Source: Candidatus Latescibacterota bacterium (GTDB lineage: Bacteria; Latescibacterota; UBA2968; UBA8231). From it: a stretch of DNA of 64,000 bases. Below the pieces are notes generated by a model. That model was not told where the DNA came from. It did no database searches and saw only the letters and a program-made list of their open reading frames with translations. Below, one piece after another: positions 37,097-46,881 of this stretch. The stretch lies in the NCBI GenBank assembly GCA_965217585.1, contig OZ244561.1:2560001-2624000 (forward strand). Reading direction: 5' to 3'. Every line of letters starts with the position of its first letter. Within the stretch, counting starts at the first letter, position 1. Position numbers and translations under genes: made by a program.

Positions 37097-39154
37097 TCAG
37101 ACGGCGAAAAGCGGTGCCAGGACAAGAGATATCACCGACATCAGCTTGATGAGTATGTTCAGAGACGGCCCCGAGGTGTCCTTGAATGGGTCGCCGACCG
37201 TATCGCCGACGACAGCGGCTTTGTGGGGGTCAGAGCCCTTGCCCCCCAAGTTGCCCTCTTCGATCCACTTTTTGGCGTTGTCCCAAGCGCCGCCGCTATT
37301 GGCCATCATCAGCGCCAGCAGTACGCCGCTGACCGTCGCCCCGGCGAGCATCCCGCCTAAGGCGACGGGACCGAGACCGAAACCAACAGCGACCGGAGCC
37401 AACACCGCCAAAAGGCCCGGTAGAATCATCTCGCGCAGCGCCGCCGTCGTGCTGATCTCCACGCAGCGCCGGGTATCGGGCTTGGCCTTGCCCTCCATCA
37501 GCCCTTCAATCCCGCGGAACTGACGCCGGACTTCTTCGACCATCTCGAAGGCGGCCTTGCCGACCGACGTCATGGTGATGGAAGCAGCCAAATAAGGAAT
37601 GAGCGCACCTATGAAAAGCCCACCGACTACGATCGGCGTAGTCACGTCAATGACCACCGGCTCACCCGTTTCGGCTTCAATGGCCGAAGTATACGCCGAG
37701 AAAAGCGCCAATGCCGTCAACGCCGCCGAACCAATGGCAAACCCCTTACCCATGGCGGCGGTAGTGTTGCCGAGTGAGTCGAGACCATCGGTGATCTTGC
37801 GAGTGTCTTCGCCCAAGCCCGCCATTTCGGTAATGCCGCCGGCGTTGTCGGCTATGGGACCATAGGCGTCGACCGACATGGTGATACCCACTGTGGCCAG
37901 CATACCGACGGCGGCGATGCCAATCCCAAAAAGCCCGGCAAAGTGGAAGGCCAAGCCAATGGCGGCGACGATCCCCAAGGTCGGCAGGGCGACGCTTTCC
38001 ATGCCCACGGCCAGACCTGAGATGATATTGGTCGCCGAGCCGGTCTTAGACGCTTCGGCGATGGTGCGAATGGGTTTGCCACCTGTGTAGTACTCGGTGA
38101 GAAGGCCGATGACAATTCCGGCCAAACAGCCCGCGCACAGTGCCCACACCGGCTGATTGGACAGGCCGATCGCCCCGGCGGCCCACCAAGCCCCTAAAAG
38201 CATCAGCGCAGCAGAGACCCACGTCGAATACCGCAGTGCAGCACTCGGGTCGGCATTCTGCAAGACCCGCACCATCAACACGCCCAAGAGCGAGGCAACC
38301 ATGCCGACCGTGATGACGATCAGCGGAAAGCTCATAGACGCGAGCCTAGCTTGGTTTGGATCGGAGACGCCGGGGGCTAAGACACCGATCATGGAAGCGG
38401 ACGCTGTCGCGGCAATGGCAATGGTGGCAATGACCGAGCCGACATACGATTCAAAAATGTCGGCCCCCATACCAGCCACGTCGCCGACATTGTCGCCGAC
38501 ATTGTCGGCGATGCTAGCGGGGTTGCGCGGATCGTCTTCGGGGATGCCGGCCTCGACTTTGCCGACTAGGTCGGCACCGACATCGGCGGCCTTAGTGAAG
38601 ATCCCGCCGCCAATACGCGCGAAGAGAGCGATCGAAGAGGCTCCCATGGCAAAGCCGTTAATGGTAGCGGCCTCGCTCAAATTGCTCCAGACGTCAAAGG
38701 CACTCGCCAGCGCCCCAACGCCGAAAAGCCCCAAGCCAGCGACCGCGAGCCCCATCACTGCGCCTCCCGAAAAGGCAATATTCAACGCTGGCCCTTGGCC
38801 GTGCTGATTGGCGGCTTGGGCGGTACGCACGTTGGCGTGACAGGCGGCCTTCATGCCAGTATAGCCGGCCAAGATCGAACAAACGGCACCTGACAGAAAC
38901 GCGTACGCCGTATTGGCACTGATAAAAGCGAACAGCAAGACAAAGACAATGGAGATAAAGCCGGCGAGGATGGTGTATTCGCGTTTGAGAAAGGCCATGG
39001 CCCCTTCGTGGATGGCCTCGGAGATCTCTACCATTTTTGGGCTGCCGGTCGGCGACTTTTTGATATACAAGTACAGCAAGAGCGAACAGACCATGCCGCC
39101 CAAGCCCACAAATGGTGCTGCTGTTATCCAGCTTTTCCAGATTTCCATGTACAC
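37097..39154 (-). CDS. hppA: Membrane-bound pyrophosphatase, K+-dependent, probably Na+-translocating
   Basis: [30 protein letters not shown]; GNTTAA (Ala indicates K+ dependence); GADIFESY glutamate position is typical of Na+-PPases. Confidence 0.95.
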   Translation of the reverse strand: MYMEIWKSWITAAPFVGLGGMVCSLLLYLYIKKSPTGSPKMVEISEAIHEGAMAFLKREYTILAGFISIVFVLLFAFISANTAYAFLSGAVCSILAGYTGMKAACHANVRTAQAANQHGQGPALNIAFSGGAVMGLAVAGLGLFGVGALASAFDVWSNLSEAATINGFAMGASSIALFARIGGGIFTKAADVGADLVGKVEAGIPEDDPRNPASIADNVGDNVGDVAGMGADIFESYVGSVIATIAIAATASASMIGVLAPGVSDPNQARLASMSFPLIVITVGMVASLLGVLMVRVLQNADPSAALRYSTWVSAALMLLGAWWAAGAIGLSNQPVWALCAGCLAGIVIGLLTEYYTGGKPIRTIAEASKTGSATNIISGLAVGMESVALPTLGIVAAIGLAFHFAGLFGIGIAAVGMLATVGITMSVDAYGPIADNAGGITEMAGLGEDTRKITDGLDSLGNTTAAMGKGFAIGSAALTALALFSAYTSAIEAETGEPVVIDVTTPIVVGGLFIGALIPYLAASITMTSVGKAAFEMVEEVRRQFRGIEGLMEGKAKPDTRRCVEISTTAALREMILPGLLAVLAPVAVGFGLGPVALGGMLAGATVSGVLLALMMANSGGAWDNAKKWIEEGNLGGKGSDPHKAAVVGDTVGDPFKDTSGPSLNILIKLMSVISLVLAPLFAV

Positions 39155-39181
39155 CTTGTCCTCCCTCGGCTACTTTACTTT

Positions 39182-39739
39182 TTAACCGTTAAACCTGTTC
39201 ATGGCCGCCTCAATGCCTTCGGCGTAGTACACTTCAAGCGCCGCATTCCCGCGCTCGATCAAATTTTCTACCTCGTCTTCTGGGGAAAACGGATCCAGTA
39301 CGTAGTTGATAATGTCCGCGCCTACGGGCGGGATGCCGATTCCTAGGCGCAGGCGCGGTACAGCCTCCGTGTCGAGCGCTTCGAGTACCGAAGCCAAACC
39401 GTTGTGCCCGCCATCACTCCCTCCACGGCGAAAGCGCAAGCGTCCGAAGTCGAAGAGGACGTCGTCGAAGATGACCAGTACGTCCTCGGGAAACACCTCC
39501 CATTGGGCGCAAAGGGCCGCTGCGGTCCGGCCGCTACGATTCATATAGGTCTGGGGCTTGGCCAAGAGTACTTCCTGGCCGCCCAGTACTACTCGGACAA
39601 CTTGGCCCTGTACATCCGCTTGATGCTGCCAGTCAACACCACAGCGGGCCGCTAGGTGATCTACCACCATAAAGCCTATGTTGTGCCGTGTCGACGCGTA
39701 GCGCGCACCGGGATTACCCAGCCCTAGGGCGATCTGCAA
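39182..39739 (-). CDS. pth: Peptidyl-tRNA hydrolase
   Basis: GLGNPG..Y..TRHNIGF, KPQTYMNRSG, GGHNGL, RLRLGIG. Confidence 0.97.
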   Translation of the reverse strand: MQIALGLGNPGARYASTRHNIGFMVVDHLAARCGVDWQHQADVQGQVVRVVLGGQEVLLAKPQTYMNRSGRTAAALCAQWEVFPEDVLVIFDDVLFDFGRLRFRRGGSDGGHNGLASVLEALDTEAVPRLRLGIGIPPVGADIINYVLDPFSPEDEVENLIERGNAALEVYYAEGIEAAMNRFNG

Positions 39740-39741
39740 GG

Positions 39742-40434
39742 CTACTCTTCGCCGCCCTCTTCGCCTTCGGCGGCGCCTTCTTCGCCCTCTTCGCCCTCCT
39801 CAGCCTCTTCGCCCTCCTCAGCCTCTTCGTCCTCAGTGATCAAGCGCGGCGCCAGCACATTGACAATCGTGCGCACCGGCTCGCTGGTGATACGCGGCTC
39901 TTGTTCGAGGAGGTCGCTCACATGCAGGCTATCGCCGATGACCAGCGAAGAGATGTCGATTACCATCGCGGAGGGCATTTCCGAGACGACGCATTCCATT
40001 TCGATTGAGGTCAGCGTCTGCTGCAAGGCCCCACCCTCGTTGCGGACCCCTTCGGACACTCCTTCAGTCAGGAGCGGGACATTGGCGCGCAGCGTCTCGC
40101 TCGGATCAATGCGCAAGAGGTCTAAGTGCAGCACATCGCCGCGGACCTTGTGGTATTGGATGTCGCGGATCAAGGTCTGCTCGGAGGCTTTGTCGGGCTC
40201 TTCGTGCTCAACCAAGATGATCGCGTTTTGCCCGCCCTTGCTCAGGATGTACTCCAGGTCATGGGCATCCGTCTTGAAGGACTCAGAGGGCTGATTATGG
40301 CCGTAGATCACCCCGGGCAACTGGCCCTGTAGGCGACGCATTTGGCCCACGGGGCCCTTGCCCTGCTCCCGGCGGGACTGGACTTTGAGCGCGACCTGTT
40401 CGCGCGCTTGGATCTGTAGTGGAACTTGCGGCAT
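39742..40434 (-). CDS. rplY: 50S ribosomal protein L25 / Ctc
   Basis: LPGVIYG, DIQYH, HLDL, GV..GG.LQ, LVIGDSLHVSDL, acidic tail. Confidence 0.95.
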   Translation of the reverse strand: MPQVPLQIQAREQVALKVQSRREQGKGPVGQMRRLQGQLPGVIYGHNQPSESFKTDAHDLEYILSKGGQNAIILVEHEEPDKASEQTLIRDIQYHKVRGDVLHLDLLRIDPSETLRANVPLLTEGVSEGVRNEGGALQQTLTSIEMECVVSEMPSAMVIDISSLVIGDSLHVSDLLEQEPRITSEPVRTIVNVLAPRLITEDEEAEEGEEAEEGEEGEEGAAEGEEGGEE

Positions 40435-40478
40435 CAGGACATCTCCTCAAAAAACTCAGTCAAATATCAATGGCATAA

Positions 40479-40553
40479 TGGCAGCCCGGCGAGGACTCGA
40501 ACCTCGATAAACGGAACCAAAATCCGTTGTCCTACCAGTTGAACGACCGGGCT
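40479..40553 (-). tRNA. tRNA-Gln (UUG)
   Basis: AGCCCGG/CCGGGCT acceptor stem, ACGGA-TT-TTG-GT-TCCGT anticodon arm, GGTTCGAGTCC, CCA. Confidence 0.95.
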
Positions 40554-40583
40554 ACCTATCTCTATGCCTCGTACTACCTTGAG

Positions 40584-41441
40584 CTAGACCGGCTGACATA
40601 AAAAAGACCGGCAACCTTGCCTTTGCAGTGCGCTCTGCGCCTGAGAGGCCGTCTTCCGGTCGTCGAAGATACCGTAAACAGTGGAGCCGCTGCCCGACAT
40701 TGACGTGGCGCGAGCACCAACTCGGTCCAGTTGAGAACGAAGTTCTGCGACGATGGGATAGGTGCGATCTACCGCGGTCGTGAAGTCGTTTTCCAGCACT
40801 TCAAATAACCTGTCGTGGTCAACGCACCCGCCGCTCAGGGAAACAACAAAGCTAAAATAGGGAGTGTTTTCTGTCAAGATGGAGCCAAGTTGGTTATAAG
40901 CCCACGCCGTGCCGACTTCGATCTCGGGGTACGCCAGCACGTAAAAGACCGCGCCCTCCCAGCTCAGATCTTCGAGTATCTCGCCTCGGCCTCTCAGTAG
41001 AGCGGTGCCGCCTTCCACTAGGAAGGGAATGTCCGAGCCAAGGGTGGCGGCGATCTGACGGAGATCTGCGTTCGAGAATGGCTGGTCATAGAAGCGATTG
41101 AGTGCTCGCAGGGCCGCTGCCGCGTCGGCACTGCCCCCGCCTAGGCCTGCGCCTATGGGTATGTTCTTTTTTAGGTGGATGTGGAACGACTGAGCCGGGC
41201 GGTCGAGCCGAGTGTGAAAGGCATCAACTGCGCGGCACACCAAATTGTTCGGCCCCGTCAATAGACTATCGAGGTTACAGGTCAACTGGTCGGAGGAAGC
41301 TGATTCAAAGTACAAGACGTCCACTAAATCCACGCATTGGGCCACGCTGAGGATCTCGTGGTAGCCATCAGGGCGGCAGCCGAGAACCTTAAGCCCTAAG
41401 TTTATTTTTGCATATGCTTTTTCGACCAGCAGACCCTCCAT
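40584..41441 (-). CDS. ispE: 4-diphosphocytidyl-2-C-methyl-D-erythritol kinase
   Basis: AYAKINLGL..RPDGYHEI, KNIPIGAGLGGGSADAA, LGSDIPF, MSGSGSTVY. Confidence 0.97.
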   Translation of the reverse strand: MEGLLVEKAYAKINLGLKVLGCRPDGYHEILSVAQCVDLVDVLYFESASSDQLTCNLDSLLTGPNNLVCRAVDAFHTRLDRPAQSFHIHLKKNIPIGAGLGGGSADAAAALRALNRFYDQPFSNADLRQIAATLGSDIPFLVEGGTALLRGRGEILEDLSWEGAVFYVLAYPEIEVGTAWAYNQLGSILTENTPYFSFVVSLSGGCVDHDRLFEVLENDFTTAVDRTYPIVAELRSQLDRVGARATSMSGSGSTVYGIFDDRKTASQAQSALQRQGCRSFLCQPV

Positions 41442-41452
41442 AGCTACATACC

Positions 41453-41480
41453 TTGACCGCATTTTACTATACAATATTAT
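41453..41480 (+). promoter_or_regulatory. Putative sigma70 promoter in the AT-rich divergent ispE/TPR intergenic region
   Basis: TTGACC-16-TATTAT. Confidence 0.35.
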
Positions 41481-41516
41481 ATATTAGTTAAGTGTCAGAT
41501 TGGCATACTCTTGAGA

Positions 41517-44500
41517 ATGGATATGTTCCCAAAGTTGACATTAGTGCTTCTCCTCTGCCTAAGCACCCAGAGTTGGGCGCAAACGAGCGCAGAGGATGAC
41601 TTCAAACTGGCCCGCAACCTCTTCCGGGACGCCGGCGACTATGCCACGGCCGCCGCGTTATTCGCCGAGTTTATTCACAACTATCCCGATTATCCGCAAC
41701 TGGCCGAGGCCCGCTTGATGCTAGCGCGTGCGTACCGCCAGAGCGGCCGTTGCGACTTAGCGGTGCCAGCCTACGAGACGTTTTATCTCGAACATCCCGA
41801 TCACTTGAGCACCGCCGACGCACGGCGCGAGCGAGCGGCCTGTTTGGCCGAACAAGGTGAATACTTGCTAGCTGCCCGGTCATACGAAGAGGTACAGCGT
41901 CGTTTCAGTGCCAGCAAATTCGCCGCCAGTGCCCTGATTGACGCAGCGGTTAATTATACCCGCGTCGAAAACTTGCGGCAAGCCGAAGCGGCTTATGGAC
42001 GCCTGCTGACCGACTACGCGACTTCTGCCCAAGTGCATTTGGCGCGCTATCGGATGGCCCAGTTGCGCTTTGCCGCTGGTCGAGCCGAAGAAGCTCAACA
42101 GCTCCTTGGACAAATCGCCGCCACTACACCGCCGCCGCCTGAGGCCCCGAGCGCCCTGCTCCTCGGAGGGCGCATCGCGCTCTTTATGGGCAACAGGGAA
42201 ACCGCTGAGAAGCGATTCAAATCGCTGGAGCGGCGCTTTCCCTCGGCGGCGCAGACCGACAGTGCCTATCTAGATCGCGCAGGCTATCTCTATAGATCGC
42301 GCCTCTTTCGCCAAGCCGGGGACGCCTATCAGCGGGCCTTTAACAAAATTGACGACCGCTCCCTCAAAGAACACGCGCTTCTAGGGCTAGCCGATGCCCG
42401 GCGCCAGAGTCGGCAGACGCGCCAAGCAATCGCCCATTACAACGAGCTAAGCGCCACTCTCCAACCCGACCATCCCGCGTACCTCAAGGCGCGGCTAGGC
42501 AGAGCCATCGCTCTAGGCCAAGCCGGACAATTCGCCCTCGCGGTAGGTCTGTTTCAAGGATTGATCCAGACCGGCGACAGCCCCGAAGCCATCAGTGCCC
42601 TGAGAGAACTGGGCGTCCTCTATAAGCGGCGCGGCGACCATAGCCGCGCGATAACTTGGTATCGCCGCTACCTACAGGAAGCCGATGCGGCCGCCGACGC
42701 CGACGCCGTGCGCTTTGAGCTCGCCGCACTCTATGACTCAACCGGCTACTACGAAGAAGCCATCGCTCTCTATCGCCGGCTAGCGTCGGGCCAAGACGAG
42801 GTAGCAACCAACGCGCAATTCGCCCTCGCCCAAACCTTTGAGCAAAGTGGACAGCCGCGTACGGCGCTGCGCGAATACGTAGCCTTTCTCGAACTCTTTC
42901 CCGCCGACCGCCAGAGTGAGGAGGTGCGCCAGCGAATCGAATATCTGCGCGAGTTCACCGTCTTGGACCCGGCCGGCCTCAACCGGGCCTTACAAAAAGC
43001 CTGGATCGACGAGTTGAGCGGCAAGTCGCGCCAGATAGTGCAGCTAGATGTCGCCCGGGTGCTATTCTCGCACCACGATTTTGTAGCTGCCGCCCAATCT
43101 TTCAAACACTACGCCACGGCCTATCCAGACGACCACAATAGCAACGAGGCACAGTACTTTCTGGCCGAAAGTCTGCTCCGGCTCGCTCGCCAACGTCAGC
43201 TAGAGGTGCAGCTTGCCAGCGCGGACTCGCTGCGGGCTCTAGCCCTACGGGAATACCGCATTCTCGCCGAGCAATCCCCCACCGACAGCACTATTCTCGC
43301 CGAGCAATCCCCCACCGACAGCACTATTCTCGCCGAGCAATCCCCCACCGACAGCACTATTCTCGCCGAGCAATCCCCCACCGACAGCACTTGGGCCCGG
43401 CGCGCACGACTGCGCCTTATTAAAATCGAAGCCGAGGACAGCCCCGATTCGCTGCGGTTATCCATTCTCGAAGAGGGGATTGCCGCTTTTGTCGCCGAGT
43501 TTTCCGAGAGCCGAGGGACCGACCTAGAACAAGCCCTTTTGCAGCTAGGCGATGCCCGCCGCCAACTCGGAGAGACCGACAGCACTTGGCTCGACGGGGC
43601 CATTGCAGCCTACGACCAGCTCCGCCGGCTCTCTTCTGACAGTCCACTCGTACCCCACGCTCTATATGGCAAGAGTCTTTGCCTAGTGCAAAAAGGCCAA
43701 CACAAAGCAGCGGCCGACTTGCTTGATCGCGTTTTGCAAGACTATCCCGACAGTCCGCTGACGGCACCGGTGCTCTTTGAGTTGGGCCATATCCGCTTGG
43801 CGCAGGAGCGGCCCCAAGAAGCCATCGCCCGACTGCAAGAGTTGCGCTGGGGCTACCCGGCCTTTCCCCAGCGCCGCGCCGCGCAGAAACTGTTGGGCGA
43901 CACCTATTTTCAGCTCGGCCAATACGCCGCTGCCATCGAGTTGTACCAACCGCTGGTCTCCAGCTCGACGATCACCGACGACAGAGGGCCGATCCTCCGA
44001 CGAATGGGCCGCGCGTACCATCACCTCAACCGCTATGGCGAGGCCATGGCGACCTATAGGCAAGTACTCGCCGAAGAGCCAAACCCGGCTGGGCTAGACA
44101 GCATTTACTTCGCCCAAGCGGTACTGCAACTGAGGTTAGGGCAAGAAGACGAGGCATCTCGGCTCTTCCAAAAGGTAGGCCGAGAGTTTGCATCCGGGGG
44201 ATTGGCGACCGAAGCCTCGGCGCGGGCCGGCCACATCGCCTTTGCCCGACAGAAATACAAAAAGGCCTACCAACTCTATCAGCCACTGCTGGAGCAGAGC
44301 GAGGATATCCTGATCCACGGACAAGCCGTCCTCTCCCTGCTCCGACTCAAGCGCCTAGAGGAAGGGCGCAAAGCAGCCAAGCGCTTTGCCAAGCGCTTCA
44401 AGGAGGAGACGGAGTGGCGTCAACACTTCCGGGTTGAGGAAGGGAAATACTATTTGCAGGCTGGTAACTACAAGAAGGCGTACGAGCTGTTTCAAGCGGT

Positions 44501-45284
44501 GGAAAAGCAAGGAGGTACGTGGGCCGACGACGGGGCCTATTGGATGGCCGTGACCCTGTGGAAGCGAAACAAGGTGACGCCCAGCGAGGAAGAGGCGGCG
44601 TACGCGTTAGAGGCCATATCGCGCTTTGTGCGGGAATATCCGACGAGTCCCCATGTAGCCGATGCCTACTTGCGCCTAGGCGGCTACCACTTTTCGCTGC
44701 ACAACTTCCTGCAAGCGGCAGGGGCCTACAAACACGCCTTGGACGCGCCAGAAGTCAGCCGCCAACAGGCCCAAGATGCGATGTGGAACCTCCTCAAGAG
44801 CTACCAAAGCGCCCACGAGTACGAGGCCGCCCACCAAGTGGCCAATCAGCTACTGAGCCAGTACCCCGAGCACCCCAAAGCCGTCGAGGTCCAACTCGAA
44901 CTGGGTATCATCCTCAAGAGTAAGGGCCAATACGCCCAAGCCGTTGAACAGCTAGACGACCTGCTCTCCCAACAGCTACTCGATGGCAATAGTGCTTCCG
45001 AAGCCCGGTTTTACATCGGCGAATCCTATCAGAATATGGGCGAGTATCGCAAAGCTATCCAAGCCTATTACAAGGTCAGCTACCACGGTGCCGAAGGACT
45101 CAGCATGTGGATCACCTCGGCGGATTTCCAGCGCGCCCGCTGCCACGAATCGCTGGGCGAACACGCCACGGCTATGACCATCTACGAGCGCATCGCACGT
45201 CGCGAAGGGGGCCAGAGTCCACAGGGGCAGCTAGCCCGCGAGCGGATCGAGACCCTGCGCCGCAAGCTGGAAACCCTCAACTGA
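41517..45284 (+). CDS. Large secreted TPR protein (CpoB/BamD-like TPR array)
   Basis: Signal peptide; many TPR_6-like repeats (F...YP.S..A..A.Y.LA). Confidence 0.85.
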   Translation: MDMFPKLTLVLLLCLSTQSWAQTSAEDDFKLARNLFRDAGDYATAAALFAEFIHNYPDYPQLAEARLMLARAYRQSGRCDLAVPAYETFYLEHPDHLSTADARRERAACLAEQGEYLLAARSYEEVQRRFSASKFAASALIDAAVNYTRVENLRQAEAAYGRLLTDYATSAQVHLARYRMAQLRFAAGRAEEAQQLLGQIAATTPPPPEAPSALLLGGRIALFMGNRETAEKRFKSLERRFPSAAQTDSAYLDRAGYLYRSRLFRQAGDAYQRAFNKIDDRSLKEHALLGLADARRQSRQTRQAIAHYNELSATLQPDHPAYLKARLGRAIALGQAGQFALAVGLFQGLIQTGDSPEAISALRELGVLYKRRGDHSRAITWYRRYLQEADAAADADAVRFELAALYDSTGYYEEAIALYRRLASGQDEVATNAQFALAQTFEQSGQPRTALREYVAFLELFPADRQSEEVRQRIEYLREFTVLDPAGLNRALQKAWIDELSGKSRQIVQLDVARVLFSHHDFVAAAQSFKHYATAYPDDHNSNEAQYFLAESLLRLARQRQLEVQLASADSLRALALREYRILAEQSPTDSTILAEQSPTDSTILAEQSPTDSTILAEQSPTDSTWARRARLRLIKIEAEDSPDSLRLSILEEGIAAFVAEFSESRGTDLEQALLQLGDARRQLGETDSTWLDGAIAAYDQLRRLSSDSPLVPHALYGKSLCLVQKGQHKAAADLLDRVLQDYPDSPLTAPVLFELGHIRLAQERPQEAIARLQELRWGYPAFPQRRAAQKLLGDTYFQLGQYAAAIELYQPLVSSSTITDDRGPILRRMGRAYHHLNRYGEAMATYRQVLAEEPNPAGLDSIYFAQAVLQLRLGQEDEASRLFQKVGREFASGGLATEASARAGHIAFARQKYKKAYQLYQPLLEQSEDILIHGQAVLSLLRLKRLEEGRKAAKRFAKRFKEETEWRQHFRVEEGKYYLQAGNYKKAYELFQAVEKQGGTWADDGAYWMAVTLWKRNKVTPSEEEAAYALEAISRFVREYPTSPHVADAYLRLGGYHFSLHNFLQAAGAYKHALDAPEVSRQQAQDAMWNLLKSYQSAHEYEAAHQVANQLLSQYPEHPKAVEVQLELGIILKSKGQYAQAVEQLDDLLSQQLLDGNSASEARFYIGESYQNMGEYRKAIQAYYKVSYHGAEGLSMWITSADFQRARCHESLGEHATAMTIYERIARREGGQSPQGQLARERIETLRRKLETLN
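43260..43391 (+). repeat. In-frame tandem repeat, 4 perfect copies of 33 bp (ILAEQSPTDST)
   Basis: ATTCTCGCCGAGCAATCCCCCACCGACAGCACT x4, read directly. Confidence 0.95.
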
Positions 45285-45306
45285 GGATACGCCAGCAGGG
45301 AGTTCC

Positions 45307-46881
45307 ATGGTCCCGACTCAACGTCACATTTTGCTCCTGACCCAGCGAGCAGAACTGGAAGCGGACTTCAAGTCCGCGGTCCATAACGCGCGGCTACGCG
45401 TAATCAACTCGGCTAATGGCGATGCGCTTGGGCCACTGCTGCGGCGCGGGGTGGATCTGGTCGCCTTTGATATGGAACTCCCGCCCGCCGTCCTAGCAGA
45501 GGGTGTCGCCGCACTCGACCAGCACCGCGATGTGCCCGTACTAGGCTTGGGCAACGCCGATGAGAACTGGGACCGACTTTTGTGGGGCTCGCCTCTCAAA
45601 GACCAAGTCGCCGTGCCCTTTGAGGCCGAAGTCTTGCGCCAACATCTGGACCAGCTACTAGAGCGAGGCGACTTTTTGCAAGGGGTCGAGCTGGTGGGTC
45701 AGTCGCCCTTAATGCGCCAATTGCGCGAACGCATCTTAATCGTGGCACCGACGCCGGTTTCCTCTATCCTTCTGACGGGCGAAAGCGGCACCGGCAAGGA
45801 CCTAGTCGCCGAAGCGCTACATCGCTACAGTAGCCGGTGCGAACATCCTTTCCGCCCGCTCAACTGCGGTGCCATTCCGGAGAATCTGCTGGAAAACGAA
45901 CTCTTCGGGCACGAGAAAGGGGCCTTCACCGACGCCCGCGCCCAATACCAAGGCATCTTTGAACAAGCGAACCGCGGAACGGTCTTCCTAGACGAAATCG
46001 GCGAGATGTCGCTGGCGGCGCAAGTGCGCCTCTTGCGGGTCCTCGAACAGCGCGAGGTTGCCCGCATCGGCGGCAGCGCGCCTATCTCGGTGGATATTCG
46101 CGTCATTGCCGCGACCAACCGCGACCTACAAAAGGCGGTTGACCAGCGCGAGTTCCGCCTCGACCTATACCACCGGCTCAAGGTCGTCGAACTCGACATC
46201 CCCCCGCTGCGCCGCCGGGCCGAAGACATTCCCCTCTTGATCGAGCACTTCACCGGCGAGTTTACCCAGGGGAACAAGAGCCGCCTAGAGGGGTTCTCGT
46301 CCGCGGCGATGGACCTTTTGCAAAACTATGCTTGGCCTGGCAATGTGCGCGAGTTGCGCAACCTAATCGAGCACTTGGTCTTCCTCGCCCCGCGTGCCCT
46401 CGTCGAACCCGAAGACCTATTGCTCCACCTCGGGATCCAGCCCACGCGCCATTTGCCAGTACCAACCAACAAGACGCCGGATCAATCCGAGCGCGAGTTG
46501 ATCTACTTTGCTCTATTGGATCTCAAGCGCGAGGTCGCCGAGCTAAGAGCCTCGGTCGAGCGCAATGCCCCCATGATGCCGTCCTCTACGCCTCCCGTAG
46601 CACCAGCGGTCGTTCAGCCGATCGCGTCAGAGGAACCAAGCCAACCCATCTACCCGGTTGAGGACGCCCCATACAACCCCGCAGACCCCCAAAGGTCCGC
46701 GGCAATACGCATCTCCGAAAACGCAGCTATTGAGCCTTTGCGCACACTCAAAGACAGGGAGCGGGAAGCCATCGAACAGGCACTCGGCCGCGTCGGCGGC
46801 AATCGCCGGAAGGCAGCGGCAATCCTCGGCATCAGCGCCCGCACTCTCTACCGGAAGTTGAAGGAATACGACCTCGAATGA
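45307..46881 (+). CDS. Sigma54-dependent Fis-family transcriptional activator
   Basis: GESGTGKD, ELFGHEKGAFTDA, FLDEIGE, WPGNVREL, C-terminal HTH AAAILGISARTLYRKL. Confidence 0.95.
   Translation: MVPTQRHILLLTQRAELEADFKSAVHNARLRVINSANGDALGPLLRRGVDLVAFDMELPPAVLAEGVAALDQHRDVPVLGLGNADENWDRLLWGSPLKDQVAVPFEAEVLRQHLDQLLERGDFLQGVELVGQSPLMRQLRERILIVAPTPVSSILLTGESGTGKDLVAEALHRYSSRCEHPFRPLNCGAIPENLLENELFGHEKGAFTDARAQYQGIFEQANRGTVFLDEIGEMSLAAQVRLLRVLEQREVARIGGSAPISVDIRVIAATNRDLQKAVDQREFRLDLYHRLKVVELDIPPLRRRAEDIPLLIEHFTGEFTQGNKSRLEGFSSAAMDLLQNYAWPGNVRELRNLIEHLVFLAPRALVEPEDLLLHLGIQPTRHLPVPTNKTPDQSERELIYFALLDLKREVAELRASVERNAPMMPSSTPPVAPAVVQPIASEEPSQPIYPVEDAPYNPADPQRSAAIRISENAAIEPLRTLKDREREAIEQALGRVGGNRRKAAAILGISARTLYRKLKEYDLE

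Noticed and set aside
39745-39830. Short repeats at the end of rplY
   Set aside because: They encode the ordinary acidic EEGEE low-complexity tail of L25/Ctc.
41501-41514. Sigma54 promoter TGGCAT-N4-TTGA upstream of the TPR gene
   Set aside because: The -12 element lacks the conserved GC and lies too close to the start codon.
43260-43391. 33-bp repeats as a CRISPR array
   Set aside because: The copies are contiguous with no spacers, lie in frame within a CDS, and no cas genes are in the window.
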